Shown here: piece by piece, positions 26,440-35,108 of the stretch
How the letters are laid out: each line of letters starts with the position of its first letter
How positions within the stretch are numbered: the stretch's first letter is position 1
IMG/VR virus record: IMGVR_UViG_2866048730_000001
Coordinates: 32,314-96,313 of that record
Strand: one strand, 5' to 3'
DNA from: a virus
Lineage: Duplodnaviria > Caudoviricetes
Length of the DNA stretch: 64,000 nt
Translations under genes and position numbers: made by a program
The notes under the pieces: model-generated
Database searches by the model: none
What the model was told of the DNA's origin: nothing
The model's input: the letters and a program-made list of their open reading frames with translations, nothing else

Positions 26440-27393
26440 ATGATCATGCGTGCAATTGTCATAGCCAGACCCGGCGGACCGGAGGTGCTTCAGGTCCAGG
26501 AAGTGCCCGCACCTGCGCCCATCGCCGGGCATCATGTGGTGAAGGTCTCACGGGCTGGGGTGAACTACGCAGACATTCACCTGCGAGAAAACGGCTACTT
26601 GACACCGGTCGAATACCCCGTCACGCCTGGCAATGAAGTCATGGGAACTCTCGCTGATGGCCGCAGGGTGGTTGCACTAAGCCGTGGTGGCGGATATGCC
26701 GAACAGGCCCTTGCGCACCGCGCAGTCACGTGGGAGGTGCCCGATGAAATCAGCGACGAGCAGGCCGTAGCCCTCGCCCTCCAGGGCCAGTCCGCCTGGC
26801 ATCTGCTGCACACGGTGCTCCAGCTCGGCAAGGGCGACTCGATTCTCATCCCTGCGGCAGCCGGTGGTGTCGGCTCCCTCGCCGTCCAGCTCGCCAAGGC
26901 TGCCGGTGCCCGCGTGATCGCCATGGCCGGCAGCCCCGAGAAGGCAGACCTTGTCCGCAGCCTGGGCGCGGACGCTGTCCTTGACTCATCCACGCATCAG
27001 GACCTGACAGCACGCATCCTCGACGCCAACGAGGGCCCTGTCACGCGCGCGCTGGAGATGACTGGCGGCGAGGTGTTCGACGCCACGCTCGCCGCCCTCG
27101 CGCCCCGGGGCCACATGGCCGTCTACGGCTGCGTCTCGGGCGACCAGCGCGAAGCCCCCGTCGCCCAACTCATGCAGGCATCCAAGACCGTCTCAGGCTT
27201 CTGGCTCCCGAACCTCTACGGGGTCCGGTATGCCTTGCGGGACTCGATGAAGGCCCTGTTCGAGGCCACCGCTCGCGGTGATCTTCGCCCGGTCATCGGT
27301 CCGTGCTACGCGCTCAGCAACGCGGCCCAGGCCCACTCAGATCTCGGAAGCCGCAAGACCACAGGTAAAGTGACGATCAAGACAACTCGGTAG
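26440..27393 (+). CDS. NADPH:quinone oxidoreductase, MDR family
   Basis: GGPEVL, GVNYAD, PGNE, GGYAE, AAAGGVG, GKV. Confidence 0.9.
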   Translation: MIMRAIVIARPGGPEVLQVQEVPAPAPIAGHHVVKVSRAGVNYADIHLRENGYLTPVEYPVTPGNEVMGTLADGRRVVALSRGGGYAEQALAHRAVTWEVPDEISDEQAVALALQGQSAWHLLHTVLQLGKGDSILIPAAAGGVGSLAVQLAKAAGARVIAMAGSPEKADLVRSLGADAVLDSSTHQDLTARILDANEGPVTRALEMTGGEVFDATLAALAPRGHMAVYGCVSGDQREAPVAQLMQASKTVSGFWLPNLYGVRYALRDSMKALFEATARGDLRPVIGPCYALSNAAQAHSDLGSRKTTGKVTIKTTR

Positions 27394-27417
27394 TAACAAG
27401 TCCGACTCGGTAGTAAC
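27385..27417 (+). repeat. 13-bp direct repeat, 20-bp period
   Basis: ACTCGGTAGTAAC at 27385 and 27405, upstream of the IclR gene. Confidence 0.65.
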
Positions 27418-27517
27418 CTCTCTGTTCGGTCCGCCTGCGGGGTAGAGCGCGCGAACCAGCCAATTCAGGTTCCCGTCGTGCCGCCGCGTGCGTGTGCGGC
27501 GGACGTTCAGGGAAGTC

Positions 27518-28306
27518 ATGGGCAAAGGAACAGCACACGGAAAGAAAGTCTTCCTGGTTCAGCGTGCATTCGCTGATCTCGAAGGAGACAGTCACGGCCC
27601 CACGGCCATCGCCAAACAAACGGATCTTGATGCGGCGACCGTATACCGCATCCTCCAGGACGGCTTGGCGGACGGCACCTTCGTGCAGGAGGCCGGGGGA
27701 CGGTACCGACTGGGGCCGGGAGCCTTCCGGCTCTCGATGCAGGCCCTGTCGCAGACGCCCGACCCCGAGGCCACGCAGGCGGTTCTCGACAAGCTCCAGC
27801 GGATGACTGGCGGCCTGGTCGCCTACTACGCCGTCGTCGGCGCCCGACGCATCTGCACCGACTACGCGATCGGCGACTTCGACCCGCGCAGCATCGGCAT
27901 CGACCCCTTCGAGCTGGTCAAGTACAGCCGTTCCCTGCGCACCGGAGCGTCGGGCAGGGTCATCCTGGCCCACATGCCGCCGCCCATCCAGGAGAAGGTT
28001 CTCGCCGAATCCGTACCTGAAGGCGTCGGCCCGGGAGTGATCCGGGACAACGAGGCCCTCATCGAGTCCCTCAAGGACATCCGGGCCATGGGATTCGCCA
28101 TCGGACGGCAGGAGTGCATGGCCGGCTGGGATTCGGTGGCCGTACCCGTCATGTGGGGGGACACCATTCACGGCTCCCTCCTGCTGTGGGTGCACGTCGA
28201 CAAAATGCCCGAGGACCCGAGCCAGCTTGTAGCCGCAACGATGACCGCTGCCGAAATGCTGAGCCGCTTGGCTTCGATGCCGTGGGCCCCCGAGTCCGTG
28301 GCCTAA
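27518..28306 (+). CDS. IclR-family regulator
   Basis: ATVYRILQ, YRLGP, GASGRVILA, SVAVPV. Confidence 0.9.
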   Translation: MGKGTAHGKKVFLVQRAFADLEGDSHGPTAIAKQTDLDAATVYRILQDGLADGTFVQEAGGRYRLGPGAFRLSMQALSQTPDPEATQAVLDKLQRMTGGLVAYYAVVGARRICTDYAIGDFDPRSIGIDPFELVKYSRSLRTGASGRVILAHMPPPIQEKVLAESVPEGVGPGVIRDNEALIESLKDIRAMGFAIGRQECMAGWDSVAVPVMWGDTIHGSLLLWVHVDKMPEDPSQLVAATMTAAEMLSRLASMPWAPESVA

Positions 28307-28310
28307 CGCG

Positions 28311-28350
28311 CACGAGCCGCTTCCCTTCGCTTATAAGGAAGCGGCTCGTG
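28311..28350. terminator. Hairpin terminator between convergent genes
   Basis: CACGAGCCGCTTCC / GGAAGCGGCTCGTG. Confidence 0.75.
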
Positions 28351-28385
28351 GCGGTTTTTGCCTGCCAAGAAACGGTAAAGGCGGG

Positions 28386-28859
28386 CTAGCTAGCGCTCTT
28401 AGTGCGCGTCGACTTGCTGCGCAGGAGTGCGGGATTGTCCGGCACTCGAATGAGATCCGTATCCCGGTCTTCTCGGGGGACGGCGTAGAAGCCGTCCTTC
28501 GTCTCGGGGTCGTAGTAGATGACGAGCTTGTCCTCTTCGAGCCACTTCTTCCAGCTCGCCAACTTGGAGGCTTCCTCGTCGTTCAGCTTTTCCCCGGCCC
28601 GCTGGCGAGCTTCACAGCGCAGCATGACGAGGTTGTAGTTCCAGCGGTGCTCCTTCGCGATCTTCCACGGAATGAGATCGGTATCGCGAACAAGCCGGAG
28701 CGGGAGATCCGCGCGATTGGCATACGTGGCCCAGTACCCGGGAGAAGTCTTGATGTTGTACTTCTCCTGGTACGTCTTGACCATCCAGGCGTACGACTTG
28801 CCTTCAAGGAGCCAGCGCTTGGCTTCGTCGTGATTCTGTACTTTGCTCCTCGGCGGCAT
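28386..28859 (-). CDS. Immunity repressor, R4/cluster A type
   Basis: LIPW...YYDP...GFYAVPRE..D.DLIRVP pattern; operator motif upstream at 28937-28951. Confidence 0.75.
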   Translation of the reverse strand: MPPRSKVQNHDEAKRWLLEGKSYAWMVKTYQEKYNIKTSPGYWATYANRADLPLRLVRDTDLIPWKIAKEHRWNYNLVMLRCEARQRAGEKLNDEEASKLASWKKWLEEDKLVIYYDPETKDGFYAVPREDRDTDLIRVPDNPALLRSKSTRTKSAS

Positions 28860-28966
28860 GTGTAGCCCTTCCTCGCGTTCGTCCTCCCTTATGCGTGACA
28901 CCCTGTGGTCGCAAGGCGCACAGCCCAACAGTGACATGTAAGAGTTGAACCAGTCAAGACGATCGA

Positions 28967-29329
28967 GTGGAGGCAATGGTTGTGGGAGATGGAACAACTA
29001 CTGTCTGTGGTGTTTGTCGCCGTCCCGGTCTGCCAGTAGTCAGGTACACCATTACAGCGGAGGACGGCCGTGAGGGCGAGGTCGACCGCTGCGCCGATCA
29101 CGCCGAACCTTTCGAGACCGCGCTGACCCAGGCCGATCGGCGGTCGACGAGCCGGGCCCGCAGGCGCACCACAGTGACGACCGTCGAGGAGATCAACAGG
29201 ACGAAGGCGTCCGAGTCGGCACCCGCACCGCAGCCCCAGAAGTCCGGCAGCGGCTCCCGCAAGCGCAGGCGTACCACGGTGACGACCGTCGAGGAGATCA
29301 ACCGCTCCAAGGAAGCCGACAAGGCGTGA
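28967..29329 (+). CDS. Phage DNA-binding protein with duplicated basic C-terminal motif
   Basis: CGVC...CADH; RRRTTVTTVEEINR twice. Confidence 0.65.
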   Translation: MEAMVVGDGTTTVCGVCRRPGLPVVRYTITAEDGREGEVDRCADHAEPFETALTQADRRSTSRARRRTTVTTVEEINRTKASESAPAPQPQKSGSGSRKRRRTTVTTVEEINRSKEADKA

Positions 29330-29340
29330 AACGCAGTGAA

Positions 29341-29373
29341 GCCCCCCGCTGACCACATGGGCCGGCGGGGGGC
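29341..29373. terminator. Hairpin terminator
   Basis: GCCCCCCGCTG / CGGCGGGGGGC between convergent genes. Confidence 0.65.
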
Positions 29374-29378
29374 TGGGG

Positions 29379-29606
29379 TTACTGCGACTCCTCCGGGGAG
29401 TCGTCCTCGCTCGGGGCAACCACGCCGAGCGCCGTGAGGATCTGGACGATGACGGCCACCTCCGGACTGTCGGCGTAGACGATGGCGGCGATGGACACCG
29501 CGACACCCACCGCGGACAGCACCGCACCGACGCGTGTGCGGTAGCGGACAGGCAGCAGGCTCACCAGCGAGATGGGCTTGGAACCGGGCATCAGCATCTT
29601 GCTCAT
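29379..29606 (-). CDS. Holin
   Basis: Two hydrophobic segments; coupled to endolysin. Confidence 0.7.
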   Translation of the reverse strand: MSKMLMPGSKPISLVSLLPVRYRTRVGAVLSAVGVAVSIAAIVYADSPEVAVIVQILTALGVVAPSEDDSPEESQ

Positions 29607-30373
29607 CAGCGACCCGCCGGAGCCATCAGGCGAGTCCAGGTCGACGGGCCCGGATAGCCGTCCGCCTCCGAACCGCTCCAGCCCTGTGCCCGCTGGAACG
29701 CCTCGGTCGCCTTGCGGTCGGCCTCGGTGAAGCGGGGGCCCGGACCCTCGGAGTAGAAGCGGCCGAGGCCGTGCGCGACGAGTCGCTTGCCCAGGGTGGT
29801 CACGGCGGGGTGGGACTGGCCGAGACGGAATGCCTGCCGGCCGGGGAACGGGGTGCTGTCTCCCCTGTCCTTGCTGCTCTTCCATGCCGGGTCCGCAGAG
29901 TCGATACCCTCGGCGAAAGCCGGATAGCCGTAGCCATACACGTACGAGCTGCGGCGCTCGCGCTTCTTCAGGTACACGCCATCGCCCTCGGCCGAGCCGT
30001 CCGCGTTGGTGTTGCCCTCGACGGTGTAGATGTACGTGGAGTCGTAGGCGTACACGATGCCGGTGTGGGTGCCGCCGCCCGATCCGTAGAAGACCTGGGC
30101 GCCAACTGCCGGATAGGCACTCCAGCGGTTACGGCTCTTGAACCACTCGACCCCCGTCGCGCACGACGCGGTACGCGGGTAGAGGCTGGCGAGTCCGGCC
30201 TTCATGGCGACCCAGGAGGCGAACACGGCGCACCAAGCCTGATTCTGGCTCCACTCCAGGCCGGGGACGGCCGGGCTGTACTTCTGCCAGTTGGTCCAGT
30301 GCCCGTTGGATCGGCCCTCGTGGTAGCCGACCTCGGCCTTGGCGATGTTGATGATGGTCTGGGCGTTGCCCAA
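29606..30373 (-). CDS. Endolysin, CHAP plus peptidoglycan-binding domain
   Basis: AWCAVF, HTGIV, VEGNT; FQRAQG...ADGYPGPSTW. Confidence 0.9.
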   Translation of the reverse strand: MGNAQTIINIAKAEVGYHEGRSNGHWTNWQKYSPAVPGLEWSQNQAWCAVFASWVAMKAGLASLYPRTASCATGVEWFKSRNRWSAYPAVGAQVFYGSGGGTHTGIVYAYDSTYIYTVEGNTNADGSAEGDGVYLKKRERRSSYVYGYGYPAFAEGIDSADPAWKSSKDRGDSTPFPGRQAFRLGQSHPAVTTLGKRLVAHGLGRFYSEGPGPRFTEADRKATEAFQRAQGWSGSEADGYPGPSTWTRLMAPAGR

Positions 30374-30449
30374 GTGACTTACTCCTTCGAGACATGGCGA
30401 AGGCCCCGTCCGGAGGACCGGAACGGGGCCAATAGGCAGCGGATTTGGC

Positions 30450-30803
30450 TCAGTTGGGGTTGGGGACAGAAGCCGTTATGTGCGAATCGAGTCGCTCGGC
30501 GACTGCGAGGCGTTCTGCCCTCTCGTGGGCAAGGTCTGTGCGCAGGGCAGTGATGTCCCGGCTGTGTTGGGCCTGGCCGTCGAGGACGCGATCGAGTCCC
30601 TGAATCACGCGGTCCACGTCATCACGGAGATTCGTGGTGTGGTCGTTGGAGACCTGCTCGCGCGCCTCCTGGGCATGCTCGCGCACCTCGGCCAGCGCAG
30701 TGCCCTGCCTCCGTACGAGCTCGACGAGGACGCCGACGAGGGCAGCGACGACGGCGCCGGCAGCCGAGACGAGAGCCACCTGCACAGAGGGCTCAAGCTG
30801 CAC
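30450..30803 (-). CDS. Membrane protein upstream of the lysin
   Basis: N-terminal TM segment; NDHTTNLRDDVD. Confidence 0.7.
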   Translation of the reverse strand: MQLEPSVQVALVSAAGAVVAALVGVLVELVRRQGTALAEVREHAQEAREQVSNDHTTNLRDDVDRVIQGLDRVLDGQAQHSRDITALRTDLAHERAERLAVAERLDSHITASVPNPN

Positions 30804-32049
30804 GGGCAAGCTCCTCGACGAGGGCCTCCAGGCGCTCGATTCGCTTGGCCTGGTCCTGCACGACCGGCAGCAGGGCGACGCCGAGCAGGTCGTAGCGGAG
30901 GGCGTCGATGCGTCCCTCCTCGTCGTACGTGACGATTTCGGGAAGTGTCGCTGCGACCTCTTCGGCGATGAGGCCGTACTCGTCCTTGCGTGACTGCGGC
31001 TTGCCCTCGGTCGGCTTCCGGTCGTAGATGCGGGGCCGCAAGGCGAGGACGGCGGCAGGGTCGATCTCGATGTCCCGGACGTTTTCCTTGTAGCGGATGG
31101 AGGACGTGTTCCGGCAGAACGTCCCGTCGCCCTCGACCCACACCGCGTACCAAGTGCCGGAACCGCTCGCGCTGTTGTTGTGCGGCATCTTCGAGCCGTT
31201 GGCCCAGGAGATCGTGCTGCCGGAGGTGAGGTACTCACCGTGCGAGTGCCCTGACGGCGGGTAGGACCCGGGCTTGTCGGAGATCTGTCCCCATGAATGG
31301 CCGTGGGACGTCGGGGGGAAGTACGACGGCTTGCCGACGACGCTGTCCCAATTGTGAGAGTGCTCAGCCGCCGGGAAGGCTGTCGGCTTCTCGGTGATCT
31401 CCCCCCACGCGTGCGAGTGCACAGACGGCCAGAACGAAGAGGGCTTGCCCGTGAGGGACGCCCACGAGACGGTCGGTGCCAGATCGGCCCAGGTCGAGCC
31501 ATCCCACCACTCCCACCGAGCCAAGGAGTTGTTGAAGCCGAGCTGCCCCTTGCGCGGAGAGGACGGGCGGGTGGACGTGGCCCAGACGCCGACCCGGTGG
31601 CCGACAACGGGACGCGTCGCCGAGACATCTGCACTCGTGATCGTCGTGACGTTGGCAGCCACGGTGACGTTCGCGAGCGCCATCTCGTATATGCCGGTGT
31701 CGGTCTGACTGAGGGCCGGGGGAGCGGTCGATCCCACCGAGCCCGCCTTAACGGCAAGCGTGATCGAGTTGGAGGCAGGATCGAGCCGCAGGACCACCCG
31801 GTCGACCCGCGTGCTCGTGCCGGCCGCAGGAATGGTCAGCGCCTCGGCCGCAGTGGACTGCACCATGTGACCGCGCAGGATCGCAAGACCGGGCTGCACG
31901 TTCACGACCATGCCGTTGCCCGCGCTGACCTGGAATCCGGGACTGTCGTACGCGGCGACGACGCCGGAGTCCTGGAACTCCCGAAAGAGATAGCCGTATT
32001 GGCTCTCCGTGACGACCTGAGAGTCGAAGGGGAAAGACGTGATTGCCAA
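30793..32049 (-). CDS. Tail fibre with HxHxW repeats and C-terminal intramolecular chaperone
   Basis: Repeats HSHxWxxIxxKP; SSIRYKENV...GLIAEEV. Confidence 0.85.
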   Translation of the reverse strand: MAITSFPFDSQVVTESQYGYLFREFQDSGVVAAYDSPGFQVSAGNGMVVNVQPGLAILRGHMVQSTAAEALTIPAAGTSTRVDRVVLRLDPASNSITLAVKAGSVGSTAPPALSQTDTGIYEMALANVTVAANVTTITSADVSATRPVVGHRVGVWATSTRPSSPRKGQLGFNNSLARWEWWDGSTWADLAPTVSWASLTGKPSSFWPSVHSHAWGEITEKPTAFPAAEHSHNWDSVVGKPSYFPPTSHGHSWGQISDKPGSYPPSGHSHGEYLTSGSTISWANGSKMPHNNSASGSGTWYAVWVEGDGTFCRNTSSIRYKENVRDIEIDPAAVLALRPRIYDRKPTEGKPQSRKDEYGLIAEEVAATLPEIVTYDEEGRIDALRYDLLGVALLPVVQDQAKRIERLEALVEELARAA

Positions 32050-32068
32050 GAAGAGGTGTTCCTTTGCG

Positions 32069-34240
32069 TCAGAGGGCCGGACCCACGTCCTCGATCCACA
32101 ACTCCGACCCGGCTCCGGTGAGGTAGCGGACCTGCCCGTAGGTGGCCGCCGCGCGTCGGGCGTTCAAGAAGACACCGATGGTGGTTAGGCCGGCCGGTGC
32201 TCCGTTGAGGTGGAAGGTGGCGGACAGTCCGGAGGAAGAGTCCGAGTCATCGTTGAAGCAGGTGGTCAGCATGTCGCCGAGGGCGGGACTGGACGCGGTG
32301 ACAGAGGTCCCGGAGGCCCAGCGAGCAACGGTGTATGCGGACTGCTTCGCATACCGGGTGCCCGACCCCGAGTCACCCGTGCCGTCCGTGTCGACCGAGC
32401 TGATGCGCAGCCCGAAGCGGTACATGCGGCGGGCTTCGGCCGGGAAAGTCCAGTAGTAGATCAGGGTGGGGGTGTCGCCCACGTAGCCCGAAGCGTTCAG
32501 GGGTGCGAGGGCAATCAGGCCGCGCGCGGTGTTGTCGCGAAAGGCGGTCTGTCGCCAGGGTGACCAGCCGGACGAGGGGGAGCCGCCGCGGACCCACTCC
32601 TCATGCGGTTCGGCGCCGCCGTGGGTTCGGGACCAGCGCTGCGTGGTGTAACCGGTAGTCGTGCCGGTGGTCCATACGTAGCCGCTCATCGGAGCGAAGC
32701 TCCAGCCCCCGGCCTTCGATGCGGCCGAGTCGAGGTACAGGCGCGAGTCCTCGTACGGGTAGGCGGTCGGGTCGGTGGCCTGGTTGATGGTGTCGGCCGA
32801 GAGGATCTGCTTGTACGTGATCATGCGCCAGGGACCCCAGCCGGTTCTGGCGTTGCCACCCCGCACCCACTCCTCGTGCGGGGTCGTGGCGGCGTGGACG
32901 CGACTCCACGTCTGAGAGGCGTCGCCCCACGGCTCTTTGCGCGTGGTGACGTGCCCGTACTTCCCTCCGAAGTCCCAGCCACCTGCCGTGGCCTGCTCGG
33001 CGGACAGGATCATGATGCTCGCGCCGTCGGGATAGGCGGTGGGCGGGCTGGCCTGCGTGAAGGACTCTGGCCACACCTCCCTGGGGCCGGGCGGAGACGC
33101 CTCGGCCGTCCGTTCCAGGGCGGAGACGCGTGACTGCGTGGTAGCCGCCTGCGCGGTGGCTGCCGCGTTCGGGTCGAACGGGCTGGGATCGCCGAGCAGA
33201 GTGCCGACGTGGAAGCCGTCTTCCCCGGCCTTGATGACCAGGCCCGTAACGGGCGCGGTCAGCTCCTGGCCCCCGGCGACGATCGTGACGCGGTCGCCGA
33301 GTCGCCAGTCGACGCCGAACTCCATAGGGGAGTCTTCAACGGGAACGGCTTGTACGGCGGTTGCAGTCTTGCCCGCCTCGGCCAAGACCTCGTTGCCAGC
33401 CTGAGTGAGCTCCTTCTCGTCGTCCGTGTTGCGCTGGTCGACGAACCTCTCGATGCGGCGTCCCCAGTCCGTCTCGGCGCTGATGGACGTGGTGTTGTCG
33501 ACAGGGATGAGCGTCCGGTCTTCCTGTTCGCCCTGGCCCGCGACGATGACCCGGGTGGCACCGGGCGTCGACACCGAGACGCGCTGTCCGGCGAGCGTGC
33601 CGGCCAGGACGTCGAGGCGTACCTCCCGCGTACGGTCGGCGACCGCGTACGTCTCGAACACGAGCTGACTGGCACGCTGGACGATGCGGAAGCCGAGCCC
33701 TGCCACGCTCGCGATCTCGGTGAGCAGCTCGCCCAACGTGGGGAATCTCGCGCTCTTCTTGACCATCGGGCCCCGGCCCGGGTTCGGCCCCATCACCAGG
33801 TTTCCCCGACGCCGGGCGGCCGGGGCAGCCGGACCACAGTTGGCGTTGACGTAGCCGTGCATCACGGTCTCGGCCGCCCCACTGCGCTCGTCGTGCCCGG
33901 TTGCCTGCTTGCCCACATCGGGATTGGTGGGCTCGGGCCAGGCGAGCATGTCGGACAGGATCACCGTGTCGGATACGCCCTCGAACGCGATGCTGCCGCG
34001 CCGGTCCTCGGGGGTGGCCGCGTACTCGGAGGAGACGACGGGGCCGGACATGAGAACGTCGTCGTGCCCGGTGATGATCAGACCCGAACCGGGAGTGCGC
34101 AGGGTATCCGCGAGAGGGTGCTCCGATGCCAGGGTCAGCTTCCAGGTGCCAACGTTGTTGAACGTGTCGGTCACTTCGAGCGCCAGGTCTTCGGGACGTA
34201 TCAGGCCGAGTCGGGTGAGGTTCTTGTCGCGGACCTCCAC
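32069..34240 (-). CDS. Minor tail protein (Gp37-like) with two C-terminal repeats
   Basis: Follows distal tail gene; duplicated HEEWVRGG...GWxPWR unit. Confidence 0.85.
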   Translation of the reverse strand: MEVRDKNLTRLGLIRPEDLALEVTDTFNNVGTWKLTLASEHPLADTLRTPGSGLIITGHDDVLMSGPVVSSEYAATPEDRRGSIAFEGVSDTVILSDMLAWPEPTNPDVGKQATGHDERSGAAETVMHGYVNANCGPAAPAARRRGNLVMGPNPGRGPMVKKSARFPTLGELLTEIASVAGLGFRIVQRASQLVFETYAVADRTREVRLDVLAGTLAGQRVSVSTPGATRVIVAGQGEQEDRTLIPVDNTTSISAETDWGRRIERFVDQRNTDDEKELTQAGNEVLAEAGKTATAVQAVPVEDSPMEFGVDWRLGDRVTIVAGGQELTAPVTGLVIKAGEDGFHVGTLLGDPSPFDPNAAATAQAATTQSRVSALERTAEASPPGPREVWPESFTQASPPTAYPDGASIMILSAEQATAGGWDFGGKYGHVTTRKEPWGDASQTWSRVHAATTPHEEWVRGGNARTGWGPWRMITYKQILSADTINQATDPTAYPYEDSRLYLDSAASKAGGWSFAPMSGYVWTTGTTTGYTTQRWSRTHGGAEPHEEWVRGGSPSSGWSPWRQTAFRDNTARGLIALAPLNASGYVGDTPTLIYYWTFPAEARRMYRFGLRISSVDTDGTGDSGSGTRYAKQSAYTVARWASGTSVTASSPALGDMLTTCFNDDSDSSSGLSATFHLNGAPAGLTTIGVFLNARRAAATYGQVRYLTGAGSELWIEDVGPAL

Positions 34241-34262
34241 GGTCAGGTCTTGCAGTCGCAGG

Positions 34263-35108
34263 TCAGATCACCATCCATTTGCGGGGGCGCCAGGAGCACA
34301 CGATGCGGGAATCCGCGGTGGTGTCGAGCATCCTGACGCTTGCGGTCGAGGTGCCGGGCGGCACCGTCCAGAAGCGCGGAGCCGCCGCGAGGTCGGCGTA
34401 CCGGTTGACGTTCTTGCCGTCCCGCACCGAACCGTTGCGGGTATCGACGATCAGCCGCTCGCCTATTGCGAGAGTGCCCTGCCAGCGCAAGGTCTCGCCG
34501 GTCGGCGCCATGACCGTCAGGTCCCGGCCCGGCCCGTACACCTCCCAGACCGGATAGGCCGGCACATCGCCCGTGTTGTCGAGCTGCACATCACCGATCG
34601 CCTGCGAGGCCGCGAGAGGCAGTGATGCCAGGCTGGACAGGAAGGGCCTCTTGCCGGGGTCGCCTCCGACCGACTGGGTCGAGACGCTCGATGCGACGAA
34701 GTATGGGTCAGGGGCGCGGAAGGTGATCACGGTCTGAAGGCTGCTGGTGCCGTCGTCGGTGATGTCGCCGCCTCCGGTGCGGTAGACCGACGTGGACCAC
34801 CGGACCCCCTGATCGTCAACGAGGACGAGTTGGCATTCGCCTGCGACAGCTTGGGCGAGCCGGGATACCAGCTCGGACAGATGGCTGCGGTCGCGGCCGA
34901 GGATGTCGAGCGGGATGTCCAGGTCTCGGGGCTGGACGCGTTGGCCGCGCCACCGGGCGCCGTCTCCGGCACCGCTGAGCCACTGGACGTCTACTGCCGG
35001 CAGGCCACGGCCGGTCATGCCAGCCGTGGCCTGAAACCCAAAACCTGTCATTGCCTGCCCGTTGAGGTCGAGCGCATCGCGCTCGGTCTCCAGCAGGAGT
35101 GCAGTCAC
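34263..35108 (-). CDS. Distal tail protein
   Basis: Follows tape measure; APDPYF, NTGDVPAYPVW. Confidence 0.85.
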   Translation of the reverse strand: MTALLLETERDALDLNGQAMTGFGFQATAGMTGRGLPAVDVQWLSGAGDGARWRGQRVQPRDLDIPLDILGRDRSHLSELVSRLAQAVAGECQLVLVDDQGVRWSTSVYRTGGGDITDDGTSSLQTVITFRAPDPYFVASSVSTQSVGGDPGKRPFLSSLASLPLAASQAIGDVQLDNTGDVPAYPVWEVYGPGRDLTVMAPTGETLRWQGTLAIGERLIVDTRNGSVRDGKNVNRYADLAAAPRFWTVPPGTSTASVRMLDTTADSRIVCSWRPRKWMVI

